NCBI GenBank assembly: GCA_046583355.1
Contig: JAYGCM010000022.1
Span: forward strand, 1 to 16,993
Origin: Deltaproteobacteria bacterium
Lineage (GTDB): Bacteria > Desulfobacterota > Binatia > UBA12015
DNA: 16,993 nt
Direction: 5' to 3'
Made by a program: the position numbers and the translations under genes. Shown here in pieces: positions 1-6,432 of the stretch (positions are counted from its first letter, which is position 1; each line of letters begins with the position of its first letter). The notes below the pieces were generated by a model. The model ran no database searches and was not told the origin of the DNA. It worked only from the letters and a program-made list of their open reading frames with translations.

Positions 1-31
1 CCGACCGATCGCAGCTCCCGGTGGAGATTCC

Positions 32-220
32 TCAGCCGCCGGGAGCTGGACGCGCCTGCGGGATCCGCGCGGCGACACCCCCGGAGTTTGCCGCGACCTG
101 CGCATCGACCCAGCCCGCCATGACCCTGTCGAGCACGTCGAGCGGCAGGGCCCCGCCCGCGAGTACGGCATCGTTGAAGGCGCGGAGATCGAAACCATCG
201 CCAAGTTCTCGTGCGATCGC
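32..220 (-). pseudogene. 3' fragment (C-terminal ~60 aa) of a DUF885-family gene
   Basis: Not in the ORF track. Minus-strand translation AIARELGDGFDLRAFNDAVLAGGALPLDVLDRVMAGWVDAQ...* matches my recollection of the DUF885 C-terminus (LGxxFDLRxFHDxVLxxGxLPLxVL). An in-frame TAG (221-223) lies directly upstream and there is no start; stop at 32-34. Confidence 0.75.
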
Positions 221-611
221 CTACGGTCAGTATAGAATTCCACGCGCGACAAACGACGTGGATATCAACATCTTCGTTGAACCGGACGATCTGACCAACG
301 TGCTCTCGGCGCTGAATTCGCTCGGAATCGAAGTTGACCTGGAAGAGGCCGCAGGCAATGCCGCCAAGGAAGGGATCTTCATCGCGCGCTTTGGTCTTTA
401 TCGCCTCGACTTCTTCACGCCGAGCATTCCCTTTGCATGGGAGGCCGAGCGGAGTCGCACCCCTCAGATTCTCGACGGTCACGAACTATTGTTCGGCGAC
501 CAGCTCGATGCGGCCTACGTCCGCGAACAGATCGTCGGCATGCTCGGCGAAGACGACCCACGGCTCGATACCTGGGACCGGATTCAGCGTGAAGCCGGAT
601 ACTCGTCCTGA
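213..611 (+). pseudogene. Damaged nucleotidyltransferase (Pol-beta superfamily, DUF6036/TA-associated type); N-terminus missing and probable internal deletion
   Basis: AIAYGQYRIPRATNDVDINIFV carries the PRxTxDxD signature, but the preceding GG motif and a start are absent. The ORF track's first 64 aa are the antisense of the DUF885 fragment. The usual 'K...R.KD..D' segment is missing between LDGHELL and FGDQLDAAYVR. Confidence 0.65.
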
Positions 612-715
612 AATCAATGGCGGGGGCTTCGTGAGACGTCTCGCCAAAGTCGATTGCGCCGGGGAGGAAGATCGCAGAGACGTGCCCGAGCGGAAAGACA
701 CGACTCCAGAACGCA

Positions 716-747
716 GAAACGCCCCCGATGAATATCGGGGGCGTTTC
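716..747 (-). terminator. Intrinsic terminator-like hairpin downstream of tRNA-Lys
   Basis: Perfect 14-bp inverted repeat GAAACGCCCCCGAT-gaat-ATCGGGGGCGTTTC, 4 nt past the tRNA 3' end. Confidence 0.85.
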
Positions 748-751
748 CAAG

Positions 752-824
752 TGGGCCGCGCCGGGATCGAACCGGCGACCCACTGATTAAGAGTCAGTTG
801 CTCTGCCAACTGAGCTAGCGGCCC
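752..824 (-). tRNA. tRNA-Lys (anticodon CTT), CCA not encoded
   Basis: Minus strand GGGCCGCTAGCTCAGTTGGCAGAGCAACTGACT-CTT-AATCAGTGGGTCGCCGGTTCGATCCCGGCGCGGCCCA folds into a full cloverleaf. Confidence 0.97.
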
Positions 825-830
825 ACGGAG

Positions 831-859
831 TGACTAAAGGACCGCGCAGCCGGATTCAA
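831..859 (-). promoter_or_regulatory. Putative sigma-70 promoter for tRNA-Lys
   Basis: TTGAAT (859-854), 17 nt, TAGTCA (836-831). It lies downstream of the tRNA-His terminator, so a separate promoter is plausible. Confidence 0.45.
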
Positions 860-897
860 CGGGGCGCATCTGTCGCGCAAACCAGACCCCGGAAGCA

Positions 898-935
898 GCA
901 AAGGGCCGCCTGTTCGAGAACAGACGGCCCTTTGC
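898..935 (-). terminator. Terminator-like hairpin downstream of tRNA-His
   Basis: GCAAAGGGCCG-c-CTGTTC-ga-GAACAG-a-CGGCCCTTTGC, a near-perfect long inverted repeat. Confidence 0.8.
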
Positions 936-941
936 CGGGAG

Positions 942-1015
942 GGCGAACGACGGGGCTTGAACCCGCGACCCCCGGAACCACAATCCAGTGCTCTGCCAAC
1001 TGAGCTACGCTCGCC
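942..1015 (-). tRNA. tRNA-His (anticodon GTG) with encoded G-1 and C73, CCA not encoded
   Basis: Minus strand G-GCGAGCGTAGCTCAGTTGGCAGAGCACTGGATT-GTG-GTTCCGGGGGTCGCGGGTTCAAGCCCCGTCGTTCGC-C. Confidence 0.97.
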
Positions 1016-1262
1016 ATGCAACGCGTTGCCGCGCCACGGGGGGAGGTTAACGGCCGATGCAGCGGGGTTCCAGTCGGACCGAAGCGGTCGGCGGCGGCAG
1101 CGCGCCCCCCTCCCCAACACGGAGCCACCTGCCCCAGGAACGCTCCGCGAGGTCCGCGGCGCTCCGTGAAACCCGCCGCGCCCCACGAGACTCGCCGAGG
1201 TCCTACGAGACCTGCGGTGAACACCTCGCGCGCCCCGCGCCCGACGCCGGGCGCCCTACCCC

Positions 1263-1853
1263 TCAGGCCTCAAGCGCGGCCAGCAAGGCTCGCATGGCCA
1301 CGGCGCGGTGCGAAATCGCGGCCTTTTCCTCGGGCGCGACCAGGCCCAGGCTGCGGCCGCCCAGCTCGGCGGCCTCGAAGACGGGGTCGTAGCCAAAGCC
1401 TCCGCTGCCCGAGGCGGCGCGGGCAATCGCGCCCTCCAGCGTCCCCTCGGCGACCTGCTCGCGGCCATCGACGTGCGCGAGCACGAGGACACAACGAAAA
1501 CGCGCGCCCCGGTCGGCAGTGTCGCCAAGCGCGGCGAGCAGATGCTGGTAGCGGCCGGAGTCATCCAGGCCGGGGCCACCGTAACGTGCCGAGTGGATTC
1601 CCGGGCCACCGCCGAGCGCATCGACCTCAAGGCCGGAATCGTCGGCAAGCGCCCAGCCGTGGGTATGGGCGGCCATCGAACGCGCCTTGAGGCGCGCGTT
1701 GGCAAGGTAGCTCGCGCCATCCTCGATCACCGTGGGGGCGTCCTCGGGTGGCAATTCCAGCGCGAGGCGGGAGCCTGCCAGCGCCCGTAGCTCGCGCAGC
1801 TTGCCGGCGTTGCGCGAGGCCAGCGTCACCCGCCCCAGGGGCACCAGCGTCAT
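1263..1853 (-). CDS. rdgB: Non-canonical purine NTP pyrophosphatase (RdgB/HAM1)
   Basis: Motifs ASRNAGKLRE, NARLKA, ADDSGLEVDALGGGPGIHSARY, GFGYDPVF, SHR. The start overlaps the rph stop (ATGA), matching the classic rph-rdgB order. Confidence 0.96.
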   Translation of the reverse strand: MTLVPLGRVTLASRNAGKLRELRALAGSRLALELPPEDAPTVIEDGASYLANARLKARSMAAHTHGWALADDSGLEVDALGGGPGIHSARYGGPGLDDSGRYQHLLAALGDTADRGARFRCVLVLAHVDGREQVAEGTLEGAIARAASGSGGFGYDPVFEAAELGGRSLGLVAPEEKAAISHRAVAMRALLAALEA

Positions 1854-2623
1854 TCGGATGCCGGACGACGACGCTTGCGGATGGCCGCCATCTGGATGGC
1901 CTTGATCTCTTCGATCGAGTTCCAGGCGGCATCGACCATGCGGTTGAGTTCGCGGCGGCTGAAGGTGCGGCCCTCGGCCGTGCCCTGCACCTCAACGATA
2001 CCGCCCGACCCGGTCATCACGAAGTTCGCGTCGACCTCGGCGCGGCTATCCTCTCCGTAGGCCAGGTCGACCAGCAACTGGCCATCGACCAGCCCCACGC
2101 TGATGGCGCCGACGGGCTCGCGCAGGGGCGAGGCCGGGAGTGTGCCGTCCTTCACCATGGCGTTGAGCGCGCGGGCGACGGCGACATAGGCGCCGTTGAT
2201 GGCGGTGGTTCGGGTACCGCCGTCGGCCTGGATGACATCGCAATCGATCGTAAGCGTGCGCTCGCCAAGCGCTTCGAGGTCGACCACGGCGCGCAGGCTG
2301 CGGCCGATCAGGCGCTGGATTTCATGCGTGCGGCCCTTGATCTTGCCCTTCTGGGACTCGCGGTCGTTGCGCGTATGGGTCGAGCGCGGCAGCATTGCGT
2401 ATTCGGCCGTCAGCCAGCCTTTGCCCTTGCCTTCGAGGAAGCCGGGGACCCGCTCCTCGACGCTGACGGCGCAGAGTACGCGCGTTTTCCCACACGAAAT
2501 CAGGCACGAGCCCTCGGCGTGGTCCAGATAATCCGGCTCGATGCGGATCTTCCGGGCCACCAGAGGATCGCGGCCATCTGCTCTCGTTTTTCCCTTGCTA
2601 CGGCTATGCCGATCGGATTTCAT
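1850..2623 (-). CDS. rph: Ribonuclease PH
   Basis: RADGR, AEGSCLI, GWLTAEYAMLPRSTHTR, GRTHEIQRLIGRSLR, DCDVIQADGGTRT, VEVQGTAE. Confidence 0.98.
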   Translation of the reverse strand: MKSDRHSRSKGKTRADGRDPLVARKIRIEPDYLDHAEGSCLISCGKTRVLCAVSVEERVPGFLEGKGKGWLTAEYAMLPRSTHTRNDRESQKGKIKGRTHEIQRLIGRSLRAVVDLEALGERTLTIDCDVIQADGGTRTTAINGAYVAVARALNAMVKDGTLPASPLREPVGAISVGLVDGQLLVDLAYGEDSRAEVDANFVMTGSGGIVEVQGTAEGRTFSRRELNRMVDAAWNSIEEIKAIQMAAIRKRRRPASE

Positions 2624-2629
2624 GAGGCG

Positions 2630-2658
2630 CGAGTAACAAGTCTGTACGGGGGCGGCAA
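2630..2658 (-). promoter_or_regulatory. Putative leaderless promoter of rph-rdgB
   Basis: TTGCCG, 17 nt (with extended TG), TACTCG, 6 nt, ATG; no Shine-Dalgarno. Confidence 0.55.
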
Positions 2659-2730
2659 TTCCTCGACGCGTCGAATTTTTGCCGCTTTCGCTAAAGTTCT
2701 GCTACTCCAACAGCGATGATCCTGTTGGAG

Positions 2731-2745
2731 GGCACGTTCGCCGCA
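2731..2745 (+). promoter_or_regulatory. Putative sigma-54 (-24/-12) promoter
   Basis: GGCACG-TTCG-CCGCA fits GG-N10-GC (consensus TGGCACG-N4-TTGCW). It is preceded by a 9-bp inverted repeat CTCCAACAG/CTGTTGGAG at 2705-2730. Confidence 0.45.
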
Positions 2746-2748
2746 TCC

Positions 2749-2804
2749 ACCCCAAGGACTATGGCAATGTACAACGACCCCAAGGACTATGGCAATGTAT
2801 AACG
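2749..2804 (+). repeat. 28-bp tandem direct repeat (2 copies, 1 mismatch) containing the RBS and start codon
   Basis: ACCCCAAGGACTATGGCAATGTACAACG (2749-2776) / ACCCCAAGGACTATGGCAATGTATAACG (2777-2804). Confidence 0.95.
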
Positions 2805-3907
2805 ACAATGCAGCACCGTCGAATTCCGGCGCCGCCACAGCCGGGCCCAGCGGCCCGCACGGCCAGGCTCCGGCGCCACGCAATGCTTCCAACCGAATGA
2901 TCGGTGAGCATGCCTTGGTCCACCGGGTACATCGGCTGGTCACAAGGGTCGCCGGGACCGACGCCACTTGCCTGATTCTCGGTGAGAGCGGCACCGGCAA
3001 GGAGCTCGTCGCACGCAGCATCCATGCGCAAAGCCCACGTGCCGAAAAACCATTCATTCCAGTGAACTGCGGCGCCATCCCGGCCGAACTTCTGGAGTCC
3101 GAGATGTTCGGGCACGAGAAGGGCTCCTTTACCGGCGCCATCAGCGCGCGTGCGGGCATGTTCCAACTCGCGCACGGCGGCACCATCTTCCTGGACGAAA
3201 TCGCCGAGATGAGCCCCGTGCTCCAAGTGAAACTCCTGCGTGTCCTGCAAGACCAGGAAATCCGGCCGGTGGGCGCCGAGCGGTCGCATCGCGTCGATGT
3301 CCGCATCATCGCGGCCACCAATAAGGACCTGCAGCGCCAGGTCGAACGCGGCCTCTTCCGCGAAGACCTCTACTACCGGCTCGAAGTCATCCCCATCGAC
3401 CTGCCCACCCTGCGCGAGCATCGCTCCGACGTCCCGCTGCTGGTCCGGTATTTCCTCGACCGCCACAACCGCAAGCGCGACGACATCGATGCGACCATCA
3501 CCGAAGAGGCGATGATCCATCTCTGGGAATACGATTGGCCCGGCAACGTCCGGGAACTCGAGAATCTGGTCGAGCGCCTCGTCATCCTTTCCGATGACGA
3601 CGTGATCCGGGTGGATGATCTGCCCGTGAATGTGCGCTCGTTCATTTCGGAGAAGAAGATTCCGCGGCCCGTGCTCACCGATGAGGGACTCGATCTCACG
3701 CGCGCCGTCGAAGAGTTCGAGAATAGGCTGATCGAAGAAGCGCTTCGCCGCACCAAGGGAAACAAGCAGGCAGCCTCCCGCCTCCTGGGCTTGAAGCGCA
3801 CGACGTTGGTTGCCAAATTGCGCCGCCGTGGGATCGGTGGCGTGAGCAGCGAGGGCAACGATACGCCATCGCAGCCCGAAACGGCTGCGGTATTCGGCCC
3901 GCTTTAG
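2789..3907 (+). CDS. Sigma-54-dependent enhancer-binding protein (AAA+ and Fis HTH, FleQ/FlrA-like) without an N-terminal sensor domain
   Basis: Walker [24 protein letters not shown], Walker [45 protein letters not shown]. Only ~35 low-complexity residues precede the AAA+ domain. SD AAGGA. Confidence 0.93.
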   Translation: MAMYNDNAAPSNSGAATAGPSGPHGQAPAPRNASNRMIGEHALVHRVHRLVTRVAGTDATCLILGESGTGKELVARSIHAQSPRAEKPFIPVNCGAIPAELLESEMFGHEKGSFTGAISARAGMFQLAHGGTIFLDEIAEMSPVLQVKLLRVLQDQEIRPVGAERSHRVDVRIIAATNKDLQRQVERGLFREDLYYRLEVIPIDLPTLREHRSDVPLLVRYFLDRHNRKRDDIDATITEEAMIHLWEYDWPGNVRELENLVERLVILSDDDVIRVDDLPVNVRSFISEKKIPRPVLTDEGLDLTRAVEEFENRLIEEALRRTKGNKQAASRLLGLKRTTLVAKLRRRGIGGVSSEGNDTPSQPETAAVFGPL

Positions 3908-3942
3908 TGGATCGTCATAAAATCAAACAAGAGGAAAAACGA

Positions 3943-4365
3943 ATGGAATCTCCGGGAAAAATTCTGGTTGTCGACGACGACGAAGATAGCCGCCGCCTCC
4001 TCACCCACCTGCTCGAACGCAAGGGCTACAATGTCGTCCTTGCCGATGGCGGCCGTGCCGCGATTAATGCGCTCAAAAAAACAGAGGTTGACGTCATCCT
4101 GCTCGATGTGATGATGCCCCTGATGGACGGCTTCGCTGTCTGCCGCGAGTTGAAGAAGGACCCGAGCACGGCCAACCTGCCGGTGATCCTGCTGACCGCC
4201 CGCGACGATATGGAGACGCGCGCCACCGGCATGAACCTCGGCGTTCAGGAGTTCCTCGCCAAGCCGGTGAACAAAGAAGAGCTCTTCATGCGAGTCCGCA
4301 CACAGGTGGAAGCGAGCCACCGTGCCCGCCAACTCGACCAGGCCCAGCAACGCGTCGACGCATGA
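3943..4365 (+). CDS. Single-domain response regulator (REC) with a short C-terminal helix
   Basis: KILVVDDD, ILLDVMMP (phospho-Asp), ILLTAR, FLAKP. SD GAGGA precedes ATG 3943, preferred over GTG 3907. Confidence 0.92.
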   Translation: MESPGKILVVDDDEDSRRLLTHLLERKGYNVVLADGGRAAINALKKTEVDVILLDVMMPLMDGFAVCRELKKDPSTANLPVILLTARDDMETRATGMNLGVQEFLAKPVNKEELFMRVRTQVEASHRARQLDQAQQRVDA

Positions 4366-4414
4366 GCTGAAGCGCCGGGCGCAACCACGACCGGCACAGA
4401 CGCGCTTCGACGGG

Positions 4415-4519
4415 CCCCGCTCGGTCGTGATCGTCAGCCTCGGCGCAAAGCTCGGTACGCTTCGTGAGCCGGAGGCGGCTGCTCTACGCCGCACCATCAC
4501 CGAAATGTACGGCGAATAG
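4415..4519 (+). pseudogene. Probable remnant of a PemK/MazF-family toxin gene with its middle deleted
   Basis: PRSVVIVS resembles the MazF RPxVIVS motif and is joined directly to LGAKLGTLREPEAAALRRTITEMYGE*, which resembles the C-terminal helix of a PemK subgroup as I recall it. No credible start. Confidence 0.5.
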
Positions 4520-4563
4520 CGGGCCTCAGCGGGGTTTTCCCTTGGCCCGAAAGAAAAGAATCC

Positions 4564-5073
4564 ATGCAACGAATTCGTGAAGTCGAACCGCCGAGCGGGC
4601 TGAAGCGTTTCTTCTTCCGCCTTCCCCTCCGGCTCTACCAGTTCGGCCTCGGGCACCTGCTGGGTGGCCGCTTCGTGCTGCTGCGCCATACCGGACGTAA
4701 ATCCGGGCTTGCCCGCCAGGCCGTACTTGAAGTGATCCGGCACGACGAGGCGAGCCATTCGGTCTTGGTCGCGTCCGGCTTCGGCGATGCGTCGGATTGG
4801 CTGCGCAATATCCGCAAGACTCCGGACGTGGCCATCGAGTACCGCGGCGACGAAACGCCGCGGGTCGCCCGCATACTCGGCCGCAAGGAAGCCCAGGGCG
4901 AAATCGTTGGCTACGGGCGCCGTAACCCACGCGCGGCCGCCGCCGTGGCCCGGGTCTGCGGCTGGCAGATCGACGGCAGCGAGGAAGACCTGCGTGCGTT
5001 CGCAGGAGAAATCCGGGTGATCGCGTTCGATCTTCCAGCAGTCGAACCGTTCTGCGGCACCCTTGTGATATGA
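4564..5073 (+). CDS. Nitroreductase-family deazaflavin (F420)-dependent oxidoreductase (DDN-like)
   Basis: LLRHTGRKSGLARQAVLEV, VASGFG, SDWLRNIRKTPDV. Confidence 0.88.
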   Translation: MQRIREVEPPSGLKRFFFRLPLRLYQFGLGHLLGGRFVLLRHTGRKSGLARQAVLEVIRHDEASHSVLVASGFGDASDWLRNIRKTPDVAIEYRGDETPRVARILGRKEAQGEIVGYGRRNPRAAAAVARVCGWQIDGSEEDLRAFAGEIRVIAFDLPAVEPFCGTLVI

Positions 5074-5080
5074 GCGTCTC

Positions 5081-5527
5081 ATGACTTGCAGGTCGGACAT
5101 TCGGACGCGGACCAAGGCGTGCCTTTTCGGACAGCAGGGCCTGCGCCAATTCGGTCTCGGCCTCGGCCTGCTCGCCCTCGTCACCCTTCCCGCTCAGGCT
5201 CAGAAGGAGTCCCCCGGAAACCCCACTCTCATCCGCGGCGAGGTTGTCGAGACCGGCTGCTTCGTGATCGGCGACCGGCACGGGCCGGATCATCGCCAAT
5301 GTGCGATTGCGTGTGCGCGTGCAGGACAGGATCTCGGCATCCTCGACGAGGAGACCGGGCTGCTGCATATCGAGATCCGCGACCAACGCGACGCCCCAGT
5401 CCCGAGTGCCCTGCTCGGGCATGTCGCCGAGCGGGTCGAGGTCCGCGGCCGTGGCTGGCAGCGCGGCGGGCTTCAGGGCATCGAGATCAGGCAGGTTCAA
5501 ACGCTCGGCGCTCGGGCCGCGCACTAA
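5081..5527 (+). CDS. Exported hypothetical protein with a C-x10-H-x2-C-x3-C cluster
   Basis: Hydrophobic signal ending AQA, then GEVVETGCF...DHRQCAIACARAG, and a C-terminal VEVRG beta strand. The start position is uncertain. Confidence 0.7.
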   Translation: MTCRSDIRTRTKACLFGQQGLRQFGLGLGLLALVTLPAQAQKESPGNPTLIRGEVVETGCFVIGDRHGPDHRQCAIACARAGQDLGILDEETGLLHIEIRDQRDAPVPSALLGHVAERVEVRGRGWQRGGLQGIEIRQVQTLGARAAH

Positions 5528-5579
5528 GCGGGCGCCCGTCGGACAGACGCGGCGCACGCGCAGCGGGCACCGCCCGGTC

Positions 5580-6335
5580 TCAGTCGCGGCGGGAATCGCC
5601 CCTCGCGCTCCAGAGTATCTGGCGGGCGATGCCACGCCAGATCGCGACGTCGCGGACGGTCGTATCGGCGCGCGCGAAGAGAGAGCGCACCCCGCGCATA
5701 ATATGCGCGGGGTGTTGCTGGTCGACGAAACCGATCTTCACCAGCGCTTCTTGGAGGTGCTCGAAGAGAGCCTCGCGCGCTTCCCCCGAGGCCGGCTGGC
5801 CGTCGCTCTCGCGGCGCTGGGCGCGGCGCGCCTCATTTATGGGTGCCGCCGGCGGGTCGGCGCGCAGGATCTCCGAGGCGCAGAGCAAAACGGCCTGGGC
5901 CAAGTTCAGCGAGGCATAGCCCGGGTCGGTCGGCAGCGTGACGAATTTCTGGCAGAGATCGATCTCGGCATTCGAGAGGCCGTGGTCCTCAGGGCCGAAA
6001 ACCAACGCAACCGTGCCGTGCGCTGTGGCCGCCAGAGCTTCGGCGGCAAAAGCCGGCGGGTCGAGCGGAGCTTCGCGCCGCGCGGTTGCACGACCAACCG
6101 TGCCGATGGTGAGCACGCAATCCCCTACCGCCTCCTGCAAAGTCGCCACCGTGCGGCGTGCGGCCAGTACATCGCCTGCATGGGCGGCCATGCGCGCGCC
6201 CACCTTGCCCACTGGCGTGCGGGGCGCGACCAGACAGAGCTCGGAGAGACCCATATTCTTCATCGCGCGCGCCACCTGTCCGACGTTTCCGCCGCGGCGG
6301 GGCCGCACAAGGACCACCCGGATGCGCGCTCGCAT
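5580..6335 (-). CDS. trmJ: SPOUT tRNA/rRNA 2'-O-methyltransferase, TrmJ/LasT family
   Basis: IRVVLVRP..GNVGQVARAMKNMG, ALVFGPEDHGLSN, YASLNLAQAV. Confidence 0.9.
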   Translation of the reverse strand: MRARIRVVLVRPRRGGNVGQVARAMKNMGLSELCLVAPRTPVGKVGARMAAHAGDVLAARRTVATLQEAVGDCVLTIGTVGRATARREAPLDPPAFAAEALAATAHGTVALVFGPEDHGLSNAEIDLCQKFVTLPTDPGYASLNLAQAVLLCASEILRADPPAAPINEARRAQRRESDGQPASGEAREALFEHLQEALVKIGFVDQQHPAHIMRGVRSLFARADTTVRDVAIWRGIARQILWSARGDSRRD

Positions 6336-6341
6336 CCGTCG

Positions 6342-6425
6342 GCTCTAAAGGTCCGGCCGAAAAGTGCAAAGACCGAGGCGAAAAAGATGCGGCGCCTCGA
6401 CAGCGCCCGAGCCCTCCGATAAACC
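6342..6425. promoter_or_regulatory. Divergent pair of putative leaderless promoters (trmJ and lipoprotein)
   Basis: Minus strand: TTTGCA-17-TAGAGC-6-ATG(6335). Plus strand: TCGACA-17-TAAACC-7-ATG(6433). Neither start has an SD. Confidence 0.5.
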
Positions 6426-6432
6426 ACGCTCG

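Noticed and set aside
12..48. 10-bp inverted repeat CAGCTCCCGG/CCGGGAGCTG
   Set aside because: Long loop, overlaps the fragment's stop codon and lies at the window edge; no function can be assigned.
21..611. 196-aa ORF as an intact gene
   Set aside because: Its first ~64 codons are the antisense of a DUF885-like fragment; only 213-611 looks protein-like.
612..824. Intact integrative element or att site at tRNA-Lys
   Set aside because: No integrase and no duplicated tRNA 3' end within the window; only gene scars.
334..1224. ORFs overlapping the tRNA genes (334-786, 415-783, 486-809, 815-1186, 856-1224, 957-1169)
   Set aside because: They overlap clear tRNAs and terminators and have no protein-like motifs.
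1016..1262. Possible extra tRNA or ncRNA between rdgB and tRNA-His (short ACGAGAC and CGAGGTCC repeats)
   Set aside because: No cloverleaf or T-loop and no convincing structure; the repeats are too short to be significant at this GC content. A TAACCT -10 at 1044-1049 has only a weak -35.
2749..2804. 28-bp repeat as a mini-CRISPR array
   Set aside because: The copies are directly adjacent with no spacer, there are only two, and no cas genes are present.
3110..3140. GSFTGA instead of GAFTGA as a sign of a sigma-54-independent activator
   Set aside because: GSFTGA is a common functional variant that keeps the critical Phe-Thr.
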